Position numbers and translations under genes: made by a program | Shown here: positions 61,042 through 64,000 of the stretch, piece by piece | Layout of the letters: each line of letters opens with the position of its first letter | Position numbering within the stretch: position 1 is the stretch's first letter | The notes under the pieces: model-generated | Database searches by the model: none | Told to the model about the DNA's origin: nothing | Seen by the model: only the letters and a program-made list of their open reading frames with translations | Source of the DNA: a virus | Reading direction: 5' to 3' (one strand) | IMG/VR virus record: IMGVR_UViG_3300046167_000554 | Coordinates: 89,515 to 153,514 of that record | DNA length: 64,000 nt

Positions 61042-61112
61042 AAAACCCCTTACAGATACACCTGTTATGAGTTATAATGGGTGTATCTTTTTTATATTAT
61101 GGAGAACTAAAA

Positions 61113-61637
61113 ATGTCAGAAGAAATTCACATGGGTAAACCACTAGAGGTAGGAATGTCCTTACCCGAAGTAATAGTCCCAGTCAGAGTCGATGGAGACT
61201 TTGTAATGTTAGACACTAAAGAACAATTTGCAGATAAGAGAGTAATCTTATTTGGATTGCCTGGTGCATTCACCCCAACATGTTCATCACAACAATTGCC
61301 TGGCTTTGAGAAACTATTCTCTCAATTCCAAGAAAAGGGAATTGATGAAATCTATTGTGTATCAGTTAACGATTCATTCGTAATGAATGCATGGTTTGAT
61401 GGTCAAGGGATTGAAAATGTGAGACCACTTCCCGATGGGAATGGTGAGTTTACACATGAGATTGGTGCAGAATGTAGAAAGTCTAATCTAGGTTTTGGTA
61501 TGAGGTCTTGGAGATATGCAGTTGTAGCCAACAATGGTATTGTTGAACAGGTGTTTATTGAAGAAGGATATCAAGACAATGCAGAGAACGACCCTTACGA
61601 GGTATCAACACCCGAAAACGTTCTAGAAAACCTCTAG
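61113..61637 (+). CDS. Peroxiredoxin (Prx5/type II)
   Basis: 'PGAFTPTCS..QLPG', 'SVND.FVM.AW', 'RSWRYA'. Confidence 0.93.
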   Translation: MSEEIHMGKPLEVGMSLPEVIVPVRVDGDFVMLDTKEQFADKRVILFGLPGAFTPTCSSQQLPGFEKLFSQFQEKGIDEIYCVSVNDSFVMNAWFDGQGIENVRPLPDGNGEFTHEIGAECRKSNLGFGMRSWRYAVVANNGIVEQVFIEEGYQDNAENDPYEVSTPENVLENL

Positions 61638-61670
61638 ACAATACTACGCTAAATATAGTATAATAGGTTT

Positions 61671-62108
61671 ATGTCATATAGAGTAATCAAAACATATGGA
61701 AATGATACTGGATTATCATGTGCATTCCGTCAATGGAAAGCAGATAGTCACTGCAATCTAATACATGGATATGCATTAGGTTTTGAAATTACTTTTGAGT
61801 CAAAGACACTAAACGATAAGAATTGGGTTATTGACTTTGGAGATTTGGGTGTGTTAAAAGATTTTCTTAAAAAGTCTTTTGACCATACAACTGCAGTTGC
61901 AGAAGACGACCCAAACCTTATTGAGTTTACTAACCTAGAAAAATCGGGTATGATTAACTTGTTCATTATGAAAAATGTAGGATGTGAAGCATTTGCACAA
62001 TTAGTGTATGACTTCTGTTCAACCACTTATGGTGACGACAGAGTTAAAGTCGTATCAGTAAGATGTTTTGAACATGGAGCAAATAGTGCTGTATTCGGAA
62101 ATTTTTAG
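61671..62108 (+). CDS. queD: 6-carboxytetrahydropterin synthase QueD
   Basis: 'HC..IHGY', 'WVIDFG', 'FDH', 'GCE'. Confidence 0.88.
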   Translation: MSYRVIKTYGNDTGLSCAFRQWKADSHCNLIHGYALGFEITFESKTLNDKNWVIDFGDLGVLKDFLKKSFDHTTAVAEDDPNLIEFTNLEKSGMINLFIMKNVGCEAFAQLVYDFCSTTYGDDRVKVVSVRCFEHGANSAVFGNF

Positions 62109-62904
62109 AAGTATTCAAGGTGAAGGTCATTACACGGGAGTCCCAACTGTTTGGTTGAGATTCTTTGGTTGTAATTTAGAGTGTAATGGATTTGGCCAGA
62201 CCAATCCTAAAGACCCATCTACATATGAACTACCTTACGAAAAGATTGACCTAACAGAGATAACATCCGTAGAGGAATTACCAGTATTCAAATACGGATG
62301 TGACTCTTCTTATTCATGGTCTAAAAAGTTTGCAAAGATACAAAAGAAAGGAACACCCGAAGAGGTTGCAGAGAACCTTCAATCTCTGATTACATCAGAC
62401 CAATATCATATTGCATTCACTGGTGGAGAACCATTACTACCAGCTGCACAAAAGAATATGGTAAAGATAATGGAACACATGAAGCATCATGACATTACCA
62501 TTGAAACTAATGGTACTCAACAACTTAAAACAGAATTTCACAATTACTTTTCATTCTATGACAAAGAGTTATTCTTTTCAATCAGTCCTAAGATACAGGG
62601 AACTAGTGGAGAGATAGATGCAGTCAAACCCGAAATCATTAAAACATATCATGACCTATCTGATAAAGGTCAACTTAAGTTTGTTTGTAATGGAACCGAT
62701 GAGTCATGGGAAGAGATTGAAAATGCAATACAAGATTGTAGAGACCTAGGTATTGAATATCCAATATGGATTATGCCTGTAGGTGCATTAGAAGAAACAC
62801 AAAAAGACAATGCAGCTATGATTGCAGAACAAACAATGGATAGAGGATACAATGTATCTGCAAGAGTTCATTGTTACATATGGGGAAATCAAATTGGAAC
62901 GTAA
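62074..62904 (+). CDS. queE: 7-carboxy-7-deazaguanine synthase QueE (radical SAM)
   Basis: 'EIF.SIQGEG..TG.P...LR..GCNL.C...CD', TGGEP, IETNGT, SPK. Confidence 0.92.
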   Translation: MEQIVLYSEIFRSIQGEGHYTGVPTVWLRFFGCNLECNGFGQTNPKDPSTYELPYEKIDLTEITSVEELPVFKYGCDSSYSWSKKFAKIQKKGTPEEVAENLQSLITSDQYHIAFTGGEPLLPAAQKNMVKIMEHMKHHDITIETNGTQQLKTEFHNYFSFYDKELFFSISPKIQGTSGEIDAVKPEIIKTYHDLSDKGQLKFVCNGTDESWEEIENAIQDCRDLGIEYPIWIMPVGALEETQKDNAAMIAEQTMDRGYNVSARVHCYIWGNQIGT

Positions 62905-63307
62905 TCTAATTATATCCTGTTGTCCCGATAAATTGGAAGGAAGTCATAAGGCTATTGATATCTATCAAGGAAGAAGTTACAAACTAGTACGTTCAGAAAC
63001 GCTAAATAATATTAGAGTCTTTATACTATCTGCAAAATATGGTCTACTAAAGTCAGACACTATGATTGAGAACTATGAGTTGAAGATGGATGAGGAAAGG
63101 TCACTAGAACTAATAGAAGAAGGAAGACCATTTGAGTTAGAAGGGGAAGTTTATGTTTATGGTGGAAAGAATTATAGAAATGTAGTTAATGCATGGTTTG
63201 ATAATGTTACTGAACTTGTCGGGCCAAATAGAGGAATAGGAGACCATTACTCTGCATTGAAACAGTTTATTGAAAAGAACCAAAATATAGGAAGGTTACC
63301 ATTATGA
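62894..63307 (+). CDS. DUF6884/YaaA-like small protein (TTG start assumed)
   Basis: 'IISC...K.....A.D.Y.G', 'FILSAKYGLL....IE.YE..M'. Confidence 0.6.
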   Translation: MERNLIISCCPDKLEGSHKAIDIYQGRSYKLVRSETLNNIRVFILSAKYGLLKSDTMIENYELKMDEERSLELIEEGRPFELEGEVYVYGGKNYRNVVNAWFDNVTELVGPNRGIGDHYSALKQFIEKNQNIGRLPL

Positions 63308-64000
63308 AAGATAAAGTATTAGTAGTATTAAGTGGTGGACTAGATTCATCTGTTGCAACTATGATGATGGTTGATAAATATGGCTCTGATAATGTACAAA
63401 CTATAACATTTGATTACAATCAGAAACAAAGAGTAGAGATTGAAAAGGCATTTGAGTTAACAAACAAGTTAGGTATTAAATACAAGTTAGTCAATTTAGA
63501 TATGTTAGGAGATATTGCATCACCTATGTCTGCAAACATAAGTGGTTCTAATATAGACATGCCTAATATTAAAGAAGTATTAGGAGACCCACAACCAGTT
63601 ACTTATGTTCCATTTAGAAACATGATACTATTATCAATTGCATTGTCTCATGCAGAAGTGCAAGGGTGTAATAAGATTGTTACAGGGTTACAAGTACATG
63701 ATGAATATGGATACTGGGATACAACTCAAAAGTTTGTAGATTCTATGAATGCAGTTGCATCACAAAACAGACAACATAAAATAGAACTACTTGCACCTTT
63801 CTCAGAAATGTCAAAAACAGATGAAATAAAGATTGCAATAAAACTTGGAAAATACCCCTTGTTAAAACATACCCTTACATGTTATAATCCTACTAAGGAT
63901 ATTTCTTGTGGTACATGTCCATCATGTGCAGAAAGAATAAATGCCTTCATGAATGTAGGTAAGGTTGACCCGATACCTTATGCAATAGAGATAGATTGGA
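63304..64000 (+). CDS. queC: 7-cyano-7-deazaguanine synthase QueC, runs off the window end
   Basis: SGGLDS, 'TYVPFRN', 'CY...CGTCPSC..R'. Confidence 0.93.
   Translation, partial: MKDKVLVVLSGGLDSSVATMMMVDKYGSDNVQTITFDYNQKQRVEIEKAFELTNKLGIKYKLVNLDMLGDIASPMSANISGSNIDMPNIKEVLGDPQPVTYVPFRNMILLSIALSHAEVQGCNKIVTGLQVHDEYGYWDTTQKFVDSMNAVASQNRQHKIELLAPFSEMSKTDEIKIAIKLGKYPLLKHTLTCYNPTKDISCGTCPSCAERINAFMNVGKVDPIPYAIEIDW

Noticed and set aside
496-62852. Numerous minus-strand and alternate-frame ORFs in the track (e.g. 512-1225, 2018-2761, 11698-12348, 13662-14060)
   Set aside because: They are shadows of + strand genes with biased codons or repeats, and lack RBS or recognisable motifs.
1-64000. Assignment as a cyanophage or a specific host call
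   Set aside because: No photosynthesis genes in the window. Gene content suggests a heterotrophic proteobacterium, but the host cannot be fixed without searches.

Overview
This 64 kb window is part of an AT-rich T4-like myophage genome, probably from a marine heterotrophic proteobacterial host (inference). Almost all genes are on the + strand. Order: baseplate/tail-fibre region (1-15.3 kb); glycosyltransferase and 2OG-Fe(II) oxygenase cluster; gp13-gp23 neck/terminase/tail/head module; gp3, uvsY, uvsW; a cytochrome c with small membrane peptides; gp55, gp47, gp46; peptide deformylase; tRNA-Arg(TCT); early genes including a vWA/MoxR-AAA pair; gp45, gp44, gp62, regA; a late-promoter curli island (csgF, csgG, two curlin-like proteins, FecR, iscU, CHASE2 cyclase); hsp20; peroxiredoxin; queD, queE, queC. 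The standout observation is two pairs of adjacent Pro-punctuated repeat proteins (4192/5503 and 13259/14367). In each pair the repeat strings are protein-level 'reverse complements'. Read antiparallel, each 6-, 8- or 10-residue unit faces a unit of equal length and opposite type: 35/35 length matches and 278 aa vs 278 aa in one pair, and 24 units with two 1-residue bulges in the other. This suggests a two-chain antiparallel fibre assembled by a pairing code. Other candidates: a promoter-driven structured antisense RNA after gp23, a triple-hairpin leader, two non-late promoter classes, and apparent GATC/GGWCC avoidance. Many single-base frameshifts in essential genes look like read or assembly errors.
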